DNA of 24,041 nucleotides from a virus (Duplodnaviria; Heunggongvirae; Uroviricota; Caudoviricetes): IMG/VR virus record IMGVR_UViG_2703718827_000006; one strand, 5' to 3'. Shown piece by piece: positions 8,529 to 16,279 of this stretch (position 1 is its first letter; each line of letters starts with the position of its first letter). The notes under the pieces were generated by a model. It saw only the letters and a program-made list of their open reading frames with translations, ran no database searches and was not told where the DNA came from. The position numbers and the translations under genes were made by a program.

Positions 8529-9362
8529 TCAGCAATTGGTCAGAGTGTCAGCGGGGGCGTTACCGCCTGTTGCACGCTGGCGGTAGTCCTGGCGGCAGTC
8601 CTCATGGCTCAGCTTGTCCACCAGTTCGTTAAAGGCGGCCTGTTGTACCTGCAGGGCTGTCTCCAGCTCAGACAGGCGTTCTTCCTGCTCAGACAGGGAT
8701 TTTTCGGTGCGTGCGCTCAGGTTTTGCTGCTCAGTGGCGACCAGCTCCACGGCCTTATGCACATCAGAGAACCGGGCATCGTCGGACTGCTCTTTTTTGG
8801 TGAACAGCGCCGTGACGCGGGCAAATAGGGACGGTTTGTCATCCTGGATTTCTTCCAGTTCGATCACCGTTTCCTCTGCGGCGGTAAAGAGATTGGCGGG
8901 ATTCTGCTTGCGGTTTGCCAGCGGGTTATGGGCTGCACTGGCGCTGAATGTCAGCATTTCCGTACCCAGACTGGCTGGATCATCAGTGGCAGCCAGGCCA
9001 ACCAGGTAGGCTTTGCCCGTATCAGCGAACTTCGGGCTGACTTCCATAGAGGTGAATAATTTCTGGCCTTTTTTCACCAGCTCCACCAGGGACTCCGTTG
9101 GCTCAACGTCGGCATACAGCGCCATCTTGCCTGCCAGCGGACCTTCCGTGATTTCTTCAGCAAACAGCGCCGTTACCTTGCCGTAGCGGTTAAAGGTGCT
9201 GTCCGGCAGATAAGACTTGATGTGCTCAAGGTTAATCAGCGCGGTATACACTGCCGGGTTGTAGCTGGCTGCCATCTGTTCCAGCCATTCACGCTGGATT
9301 TCGCGTCCGTCGGTGGTGGCACCTTCCACCCCGATGCGAAAACGCTTTGCTTTCACTGTCAT
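8529..9362 (-). CDS. O: Capsid scaffolding protein gpO
   Basis: 277 aa, ATG start, divergent from terminase P as in P2. Acidic coiled-coil-like C-terminal half typical of scaffolds. Confidence 0.85.
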   Translation of the reverse strand: MTVKAKRFRIGVEGATTDGREIQREWLEQMAASYNPAVYTALINLEHIKSYLPDSTFNRYGKVTALFAEEITEGPLAGKMALYADVEPTESLVELVKKGQKLFTSMEVSPKFADTGKAYLVGLAATDDPASLGTEMLTFSASAAHNPLANRKQNPANLFTAAEETVIELEEIQDDKPSLFARVTALFTKKEQSDDARFSDVHKAVELVATEQQNLSARTEKSLSEQEERLSELETALQVQQAAFNELVDKLSHEDCRQDYRQRATGGNAPADTLTNC

Positions 9363-9440
9363 GAGCCGTGCTCCGTTAGAAAAAACTTACTGGAGCCTTA
9401 TGGTTGCGGTGATGAGGGCAGTGAAACAATGCGCGGTATT

Positions 9441-9458
9441 TGTACCGACAACCACACA
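9441..9458. promoter_or_regulatory. TGT-N12-ACA dyad in the divergent O/P late promoter region
   Basis: Seen in sequence: TGTaccgacaaccacACA at 9441-9458 in the 142 bp gap between O and P. Matches the late-activator (Ogr/B) site architecture known for the P2 family. Confidence 0.4.
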
Positions 9459-9504
9459 AACCGCAGGCGGGGAAAGCCTTCATTCAAGGCTGTAGGTTTG
9501 TGCC

Positions 9505-11271
9505 ATGAACACCACACTGACATCCGCAGATCTCGATCCCCGTCGGCAGGCCATGCTGCTGTACTTTCAGGGATATCGCGTAGCCCGCATTGCTGAAATG
9601 CTGGGCGAGAAAGTTGCAACCGTTCACAGCTGGAAGAAACGCGACAAGTGGGGTGACTATGGGCCGCTGGATCAGATGCAGCTCACCACCGCCGCACGCT
9701 ACTGCCAGCTCATCATGAAGGAGCACAAAGAAGGGAAAGATTTCAAAGAGATTGACCTGCTGGCGCGCCAGTCGGAGCGCCACGCGCGGATCGGCAAGTT
9801 TAACAATGGCGGCAACGAAGCCGACTTAAACCCTAACGTCGCCAACCGCAACAAAGGCCCGCGTCGTCAGCCGGAAAAGAACGTTTTCACCGATGAACAG
9901 ATTGAGAAGCTGGAAGAAATCTTCCATTCCTCCATGTTCAACTACCAGCGCCACTGGTGGGAAGCCGGAAAAACCAACCGCATCCGCAACCTGCTGAAGT
10001 CACGCCAGATCGGCGCGACCTTTTACTTTGCCCGTGAAGCCCTGATTGACGCCCTGCTTACCGGACGTAACCAGATTTTCCTTTCCGCCAGTAAGGCACA
10101 GGCCCACGTCTTTAAACAGTACATCATCGACTTCGCCAAAGAAGTGGAAGTGGAGCTGAAAGGCGATCCGATGGTGCTTCCTAACGGGGCTACGCTTTAC
10201 TTCCTCGGCACCAATGCCCGCACGGCCCAGAGTTACCACGGCAACCTGTATCTGGATGAATATTTCTGGATACCGAAATTCCAGGAGCTGCGCAAAGTGG
10301 CTTCCGGTATGGCTATTCACAAAAAATGGCGACAAACCTATTTTTCCACACCATCCAGCCTGACACACAGTGCTTATCCGTTCTGGTCCGGTGCGCTGTT
10401 CAACCGTGGGCGCAACAAAGCCGATAAGGTGGACATCGACCTGTCCCACAGCAATCTGGCCCCCGGCCTGCTGTGCGCAGACGGGCAATACCGCCAGATA
10501 GTCACCGTGGAAGATGCTGTGCGCGGCGGATGTAACCTGTTCGATCTCGACCAGTTGCGCATGGAGTACAGCCCGGACGAATACCAGAACCTGCTGATGT
10601 GCGAGTTTGTGGACGATCTCGCGTCCGTGTTTCCGCTCAGCGAGCTGCAGGCGTGCATGGTGGACAGCTGGGAAGTCTGGACCGACTTTCATGCACTAGC
10701 CCTGCGCCCGTTTGGCTGGCGCGAAGTGTGGATCGGTTATGACCCGGCAAAAGGTACGCAAAACGGCGACAGCGCCGGGTGCGTGGTGGTGGCACCGCCA
10801 GCCGTGCCGGGCGGTAAGTTCCGCATTCTTGAGCGTCACCAGTGGCGCGGGATGGACTTCCGCGCCCAGGCTGACGCCATCAAAAAACTGACTGAACAGT
10901 ACAACGTGACATACATCGGTATCGACTCAACCGGCGTCGGTCACGGGGTTTACGAGAACGTGAAAGCGTTTTTTCCTGCCGTCAGGGAGTTTGTCTACAA
11001 CCCCAACGTTAAAAACGCCCTGGTACTCAAGGCCTACGACATTATCAGCCACCGCCGTCTGGAGTTTGACGCCGGGCACACCGACATTGCGCAGTCATTT
11101 ATGGCAATCCGTCGCGCTACCACTGCCAGTGGCAACCGCCCGACCTATGAAGCCAGCCGCAGCGAAGAAGCCAGCCATGCCGATCTGGCCTGGGCAACAA
11201 TGCACGCACTGTTTAACGAACCGCTGCAGGGCGAGTCCGCCAATACCAGCAATATTGTGGAGATTTTTTGA
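9505..11271 (+). CDS. P: Terminase large (ATPase) subunit gpP
   Basis: 588 aa with ATG start; N-terminus and size match P2 gpP (about 590 aa). Overlaps Q start (ATGA). Confidence 0.93.
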   Translation: MNTTLTSADLDPRRQAMLLYFQGYRVARIAEMLGEKVATVHSWKKRDKWGDYGPLDQMQLTTAARYCQLIMKEHKEGKDFKEIDLLARQSERHARIGKFNNGGNEADLNPNVANRNKGPRRQPEKNVFTDEQIEKLEEIFHSSMFNYQRHWWEAGKTNRIRNLLKSRQIGATFYFAREALIDALLTGRNQIFLSASKAQAHVFKQYIIDFAKEVEVELKGDPMVLPNGATLYFLGTNARTAQSYHGNLYLDEYFWIPKFQELRKVASGMAIHKKWRQTYFSTPSSLTHSAYPFWSGALFNRGRNKADKVDIDLSHSNLAPGLLCADGQYRQIVTVEDAVRGGCNLFDLDQLRMEYSPDEYQNLLMCEFVDDLASVFPLSELQACMVDSWEVWTDFHALALRPFGWREVWIGYDPAKGTQNGDSAGCVVVAPPAVPGGKFRILERHQWRGMDFRAQADAIKKLTEQYNVTYIGIDSTGVGHGVYENVKAFFPAVREFVYNPNVKNALVLKAYDIISHRRLEFDAGHTDIAQSFMAIRRATTASGNRPTYEASRSEEASHADLAWATMHALFNEPLQGESANTSNIVEIF

Positions 11272-12305
11272 TGGGAAAGAGTAAGAAGAACCGAGCTGCG
11301 GCGACGAAACAGATCCAGCATAAAAGCCAGACTTCAGCCGAAGCATTCAGCTTCGGTGATCCCGTTCCTGTTCTGGACCGCCGCGAACTGCTGGACTATG
11401 TGGAATGCGTACAGATGGATCGTTGGTATGAGCCGCCTGTGAGTTTCGACGGACTGGCGCGAACCTTCCGCGCCGCCGTGCATCACAGCTCACCGATTGC
11501 AGTGAAGTGCAACATTCTGACCAGCACCTACATCCCTCACCCGCTGCTCAGCCAGCAGGCTTTTTCACGTTTTGTGCAGGACTATCTGGTTTTTGGTAAC
11601 GCCTACCTGGAGAAACGCACGAACCGCTTCGGTGAAGTTATCGCCCTTGAGCCTGCACTGGCAAAATACACCCGACGCGGGTTAGACCTGGATACCTACT
11701 GGTTTGTGCAATACGGTATGACAACCCAGCCGTATCAGTTCACGAAAGGCAGCATTTTTCATCTGATGGAACCGGACATCAACCAGGAGATCTACGGCCT
11801 GCCAGGTTATCTTTCTGCCATTCCGTCAGCCCTGCTCAACGAGTCCGCCACGCTGTTCCGCCGCAAGTATTACATTAACGGCAGTCATGCAGGCTTCATC
11901 ATGTACATGACCGATGCCGCGCAGAACCAGGAAGATGTGAACAACCTCCGCAATGCGATGAAAAGCGCCAAAGGTCCGGGCAACTTCCGCAACCTGTTTA
12001 TGTACTCGCCTAACGGCAAAAAGGACGGGCTTCAGATTATCCCATTGTCAGAGGTCGCAGCGAAGGATGAGTTTTTGAATATCAAAAATGTCAGTCGCGA
12101 TGACATGATGGCAGCACACCGCGTACCGCCGCAAATGATGGGGATTATGCCGAATAATGTTGGGGGTTTTGGGGATGTGGAGAAGGCGAGTCGAGTTTTT
12201 GTGCGAAATGAATTGAGGCCACTACAAAAGAGCCTATTAGAGCTGAACAACTGGTTAAAGGAGGATGTAATACATTTTGAGGATTATAACTTAGATATTC
12301 AATAA
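11268..12305 (+). CDS. Q: Portal protein gpQ
   Basis: 345 aa (P2 gpQ is 344 aa), P-Q order and 4-nt overlap as in P2. Confidence 0.93.
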   Translation: MMGKSKKNRAAATKQIQHKSQTSAEAFSFGDPVPVLDRRELLDYVECVQMDRWYEPPVSFDGLARTFRAAVHHSSPIAVKCNILTSTYIPHPLLSQQAFSRFVQDYLVFGNAYLEKRTNRFGEVIALEPALAKYTRRGLDLDTYWFVQYGMTTQPYQFTKGSIFHLMEPDINQEIYGLPGYLSAIPSALLNESATLFRRKYYINGSHAGFIMYMTDAAQNQEDVNNLRNAMKSAKGPGNFRNLFMYSPNGKKDGLQIIPLSEVAAKDEFLNIKNVSRDDMMAAHRVPPQMMGIMPNNVGGFGDVEKASRVFVRNELRPLQKSLLELNNWLKEDVIHFEDYNLDIQ

Positions 12306-12310
12306 TCTTA

Positions 12311-12333
12311 AAAACCTGCATATGCAGGTTTTT
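12311..12333. terminator. Bidirectional rho-independent terminator hairpin between Q and the convergent cargo operon
   Basis: Seen in sequence: aaaaCCTGCAtaTGCAGGtttt, a perfect 22-nt palindrome with an A-run on one side and a T-run on the other, in the 64 bp gap between two convergent genes. Confidence 0.6.
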
Positions 12334-12369
12334 ACATTATATATGTTATAAAACTAACAAAAATCATAT

Positions 12370-13035
12370 TCAAAGCTCTGAGTCTACAGGCTCATGATAA
12401 AGGTTTACAGGGTAGTGTATAACCTCATAATTAAGTTGACTAACAGTGTGAGTATGTTGACTGTAAAAAACCAATGGGTTTCTCTTACAAGGAGTTATCG
12501 AGATAGACTTACAAGCATGAATTCTTGGAGCCGATTTATCTAAATGAGCCTTCCACTTAGTCATCATTTCATTACATTTTTTATTACGCGTATATATAAT
12601 TAACCCACCACTTGCACTGTCTACAGTACCAGTGCTATATCGCTCAGTGAGTTGTGCATACCCTTTAAATAAATAACTATATGAACCAGTGTGTTTTTTG
12701 GCCTCGCCATGCCAAGTAAATCTATTCAACTTTATTGTTATATCACAATGACCTCGTTGATTATTTTCATGATATGCTTCAATTCCCATATCTTTATTTT
12801 TTATATTTGCCAGTAAAATTAAAGTAAGCTGATCTTCTGTTAAATCAAAATTCAATTTATTTGAATTTTCCTCAATTGCCTGTACAGCAGAATCAAGCTC
12901 AATTCTTACAAACTGTTTGAAGTTCTCATACGACTGGAGAGCAAACCTAACGCGAGTAATAGAAGCATTGATACGCTGAAGAAAAATATCATTATCAATT
13001 TCAGCTAAACTCATTGGTGCAGACATTTTTAACAT
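12370..13035 (-). CDS. Hypothetical protein, third gene of the cargo operon (candidate effector; possible PD-(D/E)xK-like motif)
   Basis: 221 aa, ATG start overlapping the upstream stop. Contains ...GHCDITIKLNRFTWHGEAKK..., reminiscent of a D...E-x-K nuclease core. This is an eyeballed motif, not a validated domain. Confidence 0.55.
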   Translation of the reverse strand: MLKMSAPMSLAEIDNDIFLQRINASITRVRFALQSYENFKQFVRIELDSAVQAIEENSNKLNFDLTEDQLTLILLANIKNKDMGIEAYHENNQRGHCDITIKLNRFTWHGEAKKHTGSYSYLFKGYAQLTERYSTGTVDSASGGLIIYTRNKKCNEMMTKWKAHLDKSAPRIHACKSISITPCKRNPLVFYSQHTHTVSQLNYEVIHYPVNLYHEPVDSEL

Positions 13036-13469
13036 CAGACAATATCCTTTAATTTAGATTCATCTAATGTAAAAAAAGGAAAGACGAAGGACTTATAGTC
13101 ATACATAATCTCCCCTGTAAATGGGTTTACTAAAGATTGATTAATTTCAGCCTCTATAACATCTTCTAACTCAAGCTCAATAGGATCATGAAAATCATCA
13201 ATAAACCAATAATTGAGTTTTAAAAACTCAACCTTTGGACTACAAAGAATTTGTATAGCTGGGTACACAACCTGCTCATATGCTTCAGGTTGTATACATC
13301 CTTTATAACCATTAACGATACTAAATAAATCTTTATAACTCAGAGCTATATTAGGCGATTTCTTTGCTCTCACACCAATTTCATCATACAAATAGCAAGC
13401 TAGCGCCCCTATATCAGGGCGCTCTGCACATATTTCTTTGATGATCTGGGGCATATCACCATCCTTCAT
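13035..13469 (-). CDS. Hypothetical acidic protein, second gene of the cargo operon (candidate defence component B)
   Basis: ORF 13035-13481 begins with TTG; ATG at 13469 (MKDGDMPQIIKEI...) has a GGAG RBS, giving about 144 aa. Begins 12 nt after the stop of gene A; its stop overlaps the start of gene C (TGATG). Confidence 0.55.
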   Translation of the reverse strand: MKDGDMPQIIKEICAERPDIGALACYLYDEIGVRAKKSPNIALSYKDLFSIVNGYKGCIQPEAYEQVVYPAIQILCSPKVEFLKLNYWFIDDFHDPIELELEDVIEAEINQSLVNPFTGEIMYDYKSFVFPFFTLDESKLKDIV

Positions 13470-13481
13470 TGCTGACTCCAA

Positions 13482-14588
13482 TTATAATATCAGCTTTGTG
13501 AGGGTTTCGAAATCATCTTTGGATATACATTTGCTTAATATAGCATAATTGACAGGAGAGCACCCACTACCACCTAAATGTCTGCGTAATGTTCCTGGAA
13601 TGATAAGCTCTACACTATCCGCCAATTGCAATTTTGGATTATTCCTATCTACTCTAATTCCAATACGATATAAACCAATATTACCTACAGCTTTAATGCC
13701 CTCTTTATTAAACAGATCATCACGCAAGTCTTTCTTAGCCACATTTTTCTTTTCCTTATGAGTGGTTCCCTCATAAGTTAAAAATGACAAATCGAACACC
13801 TTATAACTTAAACTTGAATATGGCATTACATTTTGCTTGAAAATTGGCTCAATTAATGGATAAAAATCCTTTTCCGATGAATTAAATTGATAACCTGCGC
13901 AATTATATAACTCACGAATAAAATTCGTTTTCGCAAAAACGATATTATCACCAACAACATTACCATTAGTATCAATTAATACATGGATTTTATTTGAAGC
14001 TGAATCTAATATACACACATCAAAACACTGACGTTTTTCTTTTCTCTTCGCAATGATTTCATCAAACTGTTTGTATGCTGCTAACTTTGACGGAGGGACT
14101 TTCTCTCTTACAACCAGCTCCCTGATAGATGAAAATACCAAAATAGACTGAGTATTTTGCTTAGAGTAATTAACAAGCTCAAGTTGATTTTTAATAGCAT
14201 GCTGTAATTGAACATCATCAACAATCGTTTCGACTAATGATGTTGGTTGCTTCATCATATTCCATTGGAGAGCATATCTATCATCAAGTAATTTAATTAC
14301 TTGACTATCTACAGACAAACTAAATATTGCTTTTTCACCATAAACAACCTGCCCAAAGACTAAATCATTTACACTTGCAATGATTTTGTCAAATTTTTGC
14401 CTATCTTTCTTTTTAAAATCAATGAGGCTTTCTAGTATTTTGTCGTTTGTTGCTTCACGCCCTCTACCTGTAGGTAGCCCTAAAGAAGCAATAATTGGTC
14501 TGGCGATATGCCACGTAAAACGTTCAGTTAAGGCTAAGATCGACTTTAACTCAAAGTCAGAAAGCACCACTGGGACACCACTTGTCAT
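13482..14588 (-). CDS. Hypothetical protein, first gene of the three-gene cargo operon (candidate defence component A)
   Basis: ORF 13482-14597 (GTG); first ATG at 14588 (MTSGVPVVLSDFELKSIL...), about 368 aa. AT-rich codon usage unlike the phage core. No Walker A or other motif recognised by eye. Confidence 0.6.
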   Translation of the reverse strand: MTSGVPVVLSDFELKSILALTERFTWHIARPIIASLGLPTGRGREATNDKILESLIDFKKKDRQKFDKIIASVNDLVFGQVVYGEKAIFSLSVDSQVIKLLDDRYALQWNMMKQPTSLVETIVDDVQLQHAIKNQLELVNYSKQNTQSILVFSSIRELVVREKVPPSKLAAYKQFDEIIAKRKEKRQCFDVCILDSASNKIHVLIDTNGNVVGDNIVFAKTNFIRELYNCAGYQFNSSEKDFYPLIEPIFKQNVMPYSSLSYKVFDLSFLTYEGTTHKEKKNVAKKDLRDDLFNKEGIKAVGNIGLYRIGIRVDRNNPKLQLADSVELIIPGTLRRHLGGSGCSPVNYAILSKCISKDDFETLTKLIL

Positions 14589-14738
14589 AACATGCACCTA
14601 GTCAACCCAAAAGCAATTGAAAATCGCTCTTGTCTTAATTTTTTCCATCAATATCTAACAAATTACCTTAATGTTGAAAAAGTTTGCAAGCCATTTGCGT
14701 CTAAAAAGTGACTTGACTCAATGTGTTACAAAGCTTAG

Positions 14739-14767
14739 CGAGCGCGCGCTCGTATCCCCGCCACGCC
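14739..14767. other. Candidate cos (cohesive end) region: 14-bp palindrome plus a sequence resembling P2/186 cohesive ends
   Basis: Seen in sequence: palindrome cgagcgcgcgctcg (14739-14752), then the reverse complement of 14749-14767 reads GGCGTGGCGGGGATACGAG. Its first 13 nt equal the start of the 186 cohesive end (GGCGTGGCGGGGAAAGCAT) as I recall it; the P2 end is GGCGAGGCGGGGAAAGCAC. Lies on the far side of Q where cos is expected. Confidence 0.4.
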
Positions 14768-14811
14768 TGCCCGCTTTATGTAGTGGTTTTCATGCAGGTG
14801 CATAATCTACG

Positions 14812-14837
14812 CAAAAGCCCGCCAGTTCTGGCGGGCC
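14812..14837 (-). terminator. Putative rho-independent terminator (GC-rich hairpin followed by a short T-run on the minus strand)
   Basis: Seen in sequence: GCCCGCCAG-ttc-TGGCGGGC hairpin, with aaaa on the plus strand at 14813-14816 (TTTT after the stem on the minus strand). Confidence 0.4.
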
Positions 14838-15109
14838 TTAGCAAAAACGATCCTCAAACGATCATGCAATCTCATGCAGCATAGACATGCACAGACGAGT
14901 AAAGCGAATCGGACTTTACGCAAGGTGAACTCCTCAGCGGGCATAATCAGTATGTCGGAAGATCTCTAAAAATGAATAATTCGGTTAACAGGTATGCTTA
15001 CAAAAGCATATATTTGATTAAAAATCATGTAAGGGGGAGGATCTCAAACTGAATCGCCACGGGTTTTACAAACTTCGATAGTCTCTCTAACGTTTCGGCT
15101 GAGGTCAAA

Positions 15110-15535
15110 ATGAAAAGCTTTTACGTATTAATTTTAATTCTGGTTGCAAGCTTTGTTAGCGTCCCAGTTCAGGCGGTAACAGCTAAAAACTATGAGAAAG
15201 GAACTAAAGCTCAACAGAAATCAATATCTTACCTTTCATGTGCATTCTATGGCAGTAGCACACAATTAGATCCTAGCTACACGGAGCAAGTACCTACAGC
15301 CGATATCAAGATATTACAGAAAGCAGCTTACCACGCTTACAACGATGCGCTCTCATACTTTGGCTATGAGGAACCAGATCACGAACAACGCATAATTGAT
15401 TATGCTGAATTTGTGGCGTCGCAAGAAGCTGTGTTATGGGATAAGCCGGGAATGAATGGAAAGCAGGTAACACTAATTGCTCGTTCTCTCTACAATGAGA
15501 GTAACTGTAACTTGTTACTGGACTCAATTAAGTAG
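15110..15535 (+). CDS. Hypothetical secreted/periplasmic protein with N-terminal signal peptide (cargo gene)
   Basis: 141 aa, ATG with GAGG RBS. N-terminus MKSFYVLILILVASFVSVPVQA looks like a cleavable signal peptide. AT-rich; on the strand opposite to the flanking phage genes. Confidence 0.55.
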   Translation: MKSFYVLILILVASFVSVPVQAVTAKNYEKGTKAQQKSISYLSCAFYGSSTQLDPSYTEQVPTADIKILQKAAYHAYNDALSYFGYEEPDHEQRIIDYAEFVASQEAVLWDKPGMNGKQVTLIARSLYNESNCNLLLDSIK

Positions 15536-15694
15536 GAAAAAGATGGTATTTTGCCCGTAGTTTCAACCTTAATCTCCAAACCTGTCGCAGAACGGGCGTT
15601 CACTCATCAAATAAACGCCACACCTAACGCCTCACTGTACTCGTTGTTCAACCTTGCTGACGCCAGAAGCAATTTCAGACGCCAGCAACGTTTC

Positions 15695-15928
15695 TTAATG
15701 CAGCCAGCTGTCGTCTTCCCACACCTTCTGCATAATTTTCATCACTTGTTTTCTTTCTTCGTCCAGTTGCAGTCCGGTCAGTTCCACACCGTTAGAGCTA
15801 CCTTTGCGGATACGAATTACCGTTTTGGGATACAGGGGGCGCAGATTGCGGTAAAGCTCGGATTCAAGGGCGTCCAGTGTAGACTGGCTAATCTTCTGCT
15901 CTTTATCGATCATTATTTCAATGCGCAT
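15695..15928 (-). CDS. DinI-like protein (resembles the C-terminal domain of the 186 Tum antirepressor)
   Basis: From ATG at 15928 (GAGGTG RBS): MRIEIMIDKEQKISQSTLDALESELYRNLRPLYPKTVIRIRKG..., which aligns by eye with E. coli DinI (MRIEVTIAKT...DAL..EL.RR...FP). The ORF frame also stays open upstream to 16000. Confidence 0.7.
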   Translation of the reverse strand: MRIEIMIDKEQKISQSTLDALESELYRNLRPLYPKTVIRIRKGSSNGVELTGLQLDEERKQVMKIMQKVWEDDSWLH

Positions 15929-15938
15929 AAAAGTCACC

Positions 15939-16127
15939 TCAGCTGATGACATCCATTGAGCGGTTGTATTCGTGGGTTCTGATTTTTGCCATGAGTTCAT
16001 CTGTCAGTTCAGAAACCCACTGCAGGGCCAGCCCCTTCTCTTCATCACTACACTCACTAGCCGCTACAAGCTTAAGAAAAAAATCAATGCGCTGGAGCTT
16101 CAAAGACTCCAAAAAATAGTCCTGCAT
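15939..16127 (-). CDS. Small protein (62 aa), possibly the N-terminal part of a Tum-like antirepressor
   Basis: ATG at 16127 with a strong AGGAGG RBS 4 nt upstream; about 45 bp downstream of a LexA box; its 3' end overlaps the extended DinI-like frame. Confidence 0.5.
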   Translation of the reverse strand: MQDYFLESLKLQRIDFFLKLVAASECSDEEKGLALQWVSELTDELMAKIRTHEYNRSMDVIS

Positions 16128-16169
16128 CTTTCCTCCTATAACACCAAAGCAATACTGTATACATAACCA

Positions 16170-16185
16170 CTGTTTATATTTACAG
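16170..16185. promoter_or_regulatory. LexA operator (SOS box), CTGT-N8-ACAG, with an adjacent half-site
   Basis: Seen in sequence: CTGTttatatttACAG at about 16170-16185, a perfect match to the CTGT-N8-ACAG core, and a CTGT half-site at about 16155-16158. Sits upstream of the small ORF/DinI-like pair, consistent with the LexA-controlled tum promoter of 186. Confidence 0.6.
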
Positions 16186-16279
16186 TATATAATAATCTTA
16201 CTGATGTAAAACGTTTTTTTACGTTCATCGGCCTGATATGCCTGGTATTATTAAGAGCACGAATTGTTAACCCGCGTAA

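Noticed and set aside
7970-8632. Plus-strand ORF of 220 aa
   Set aside because: Antisense to the major capsid and scaffold genes; Arg/His-rich junk-like translation.
9463-9478. Second cos-like match (aGGCGGGGAAAGCc) in the O/P intergenic region
   Set aside because: It matches the central part of the recalled P2 cohesive-end sequence, but it sits between the scaffold and terminase genes, where cos is not found in P2-family phages. More likely a chance GC-rich match or part of the late-promoter region; the 14749-14767 site is better placed.
10000-10692. Minus-strand ORF of 230 aa
   Set aside because: Lies entirely antisense within the terminase large subunit gene.
12370-14597. Assigning the three-gene operon to a named defence family (for example Septu, Gabija, PARIS or Lamassu)
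   Set aside because: None of the three proteins has a visible Walker A/B ATPase, HNH, Toprim or TIR/SIR2-like signature, so no named family can be supported from sequence alone.
15551-15946. Plus-strand ORF of 131 aa
   Set aside because: Overlaps the DinI-like gene on the opposite strand, which has a clear RBS and recognisable similarity.
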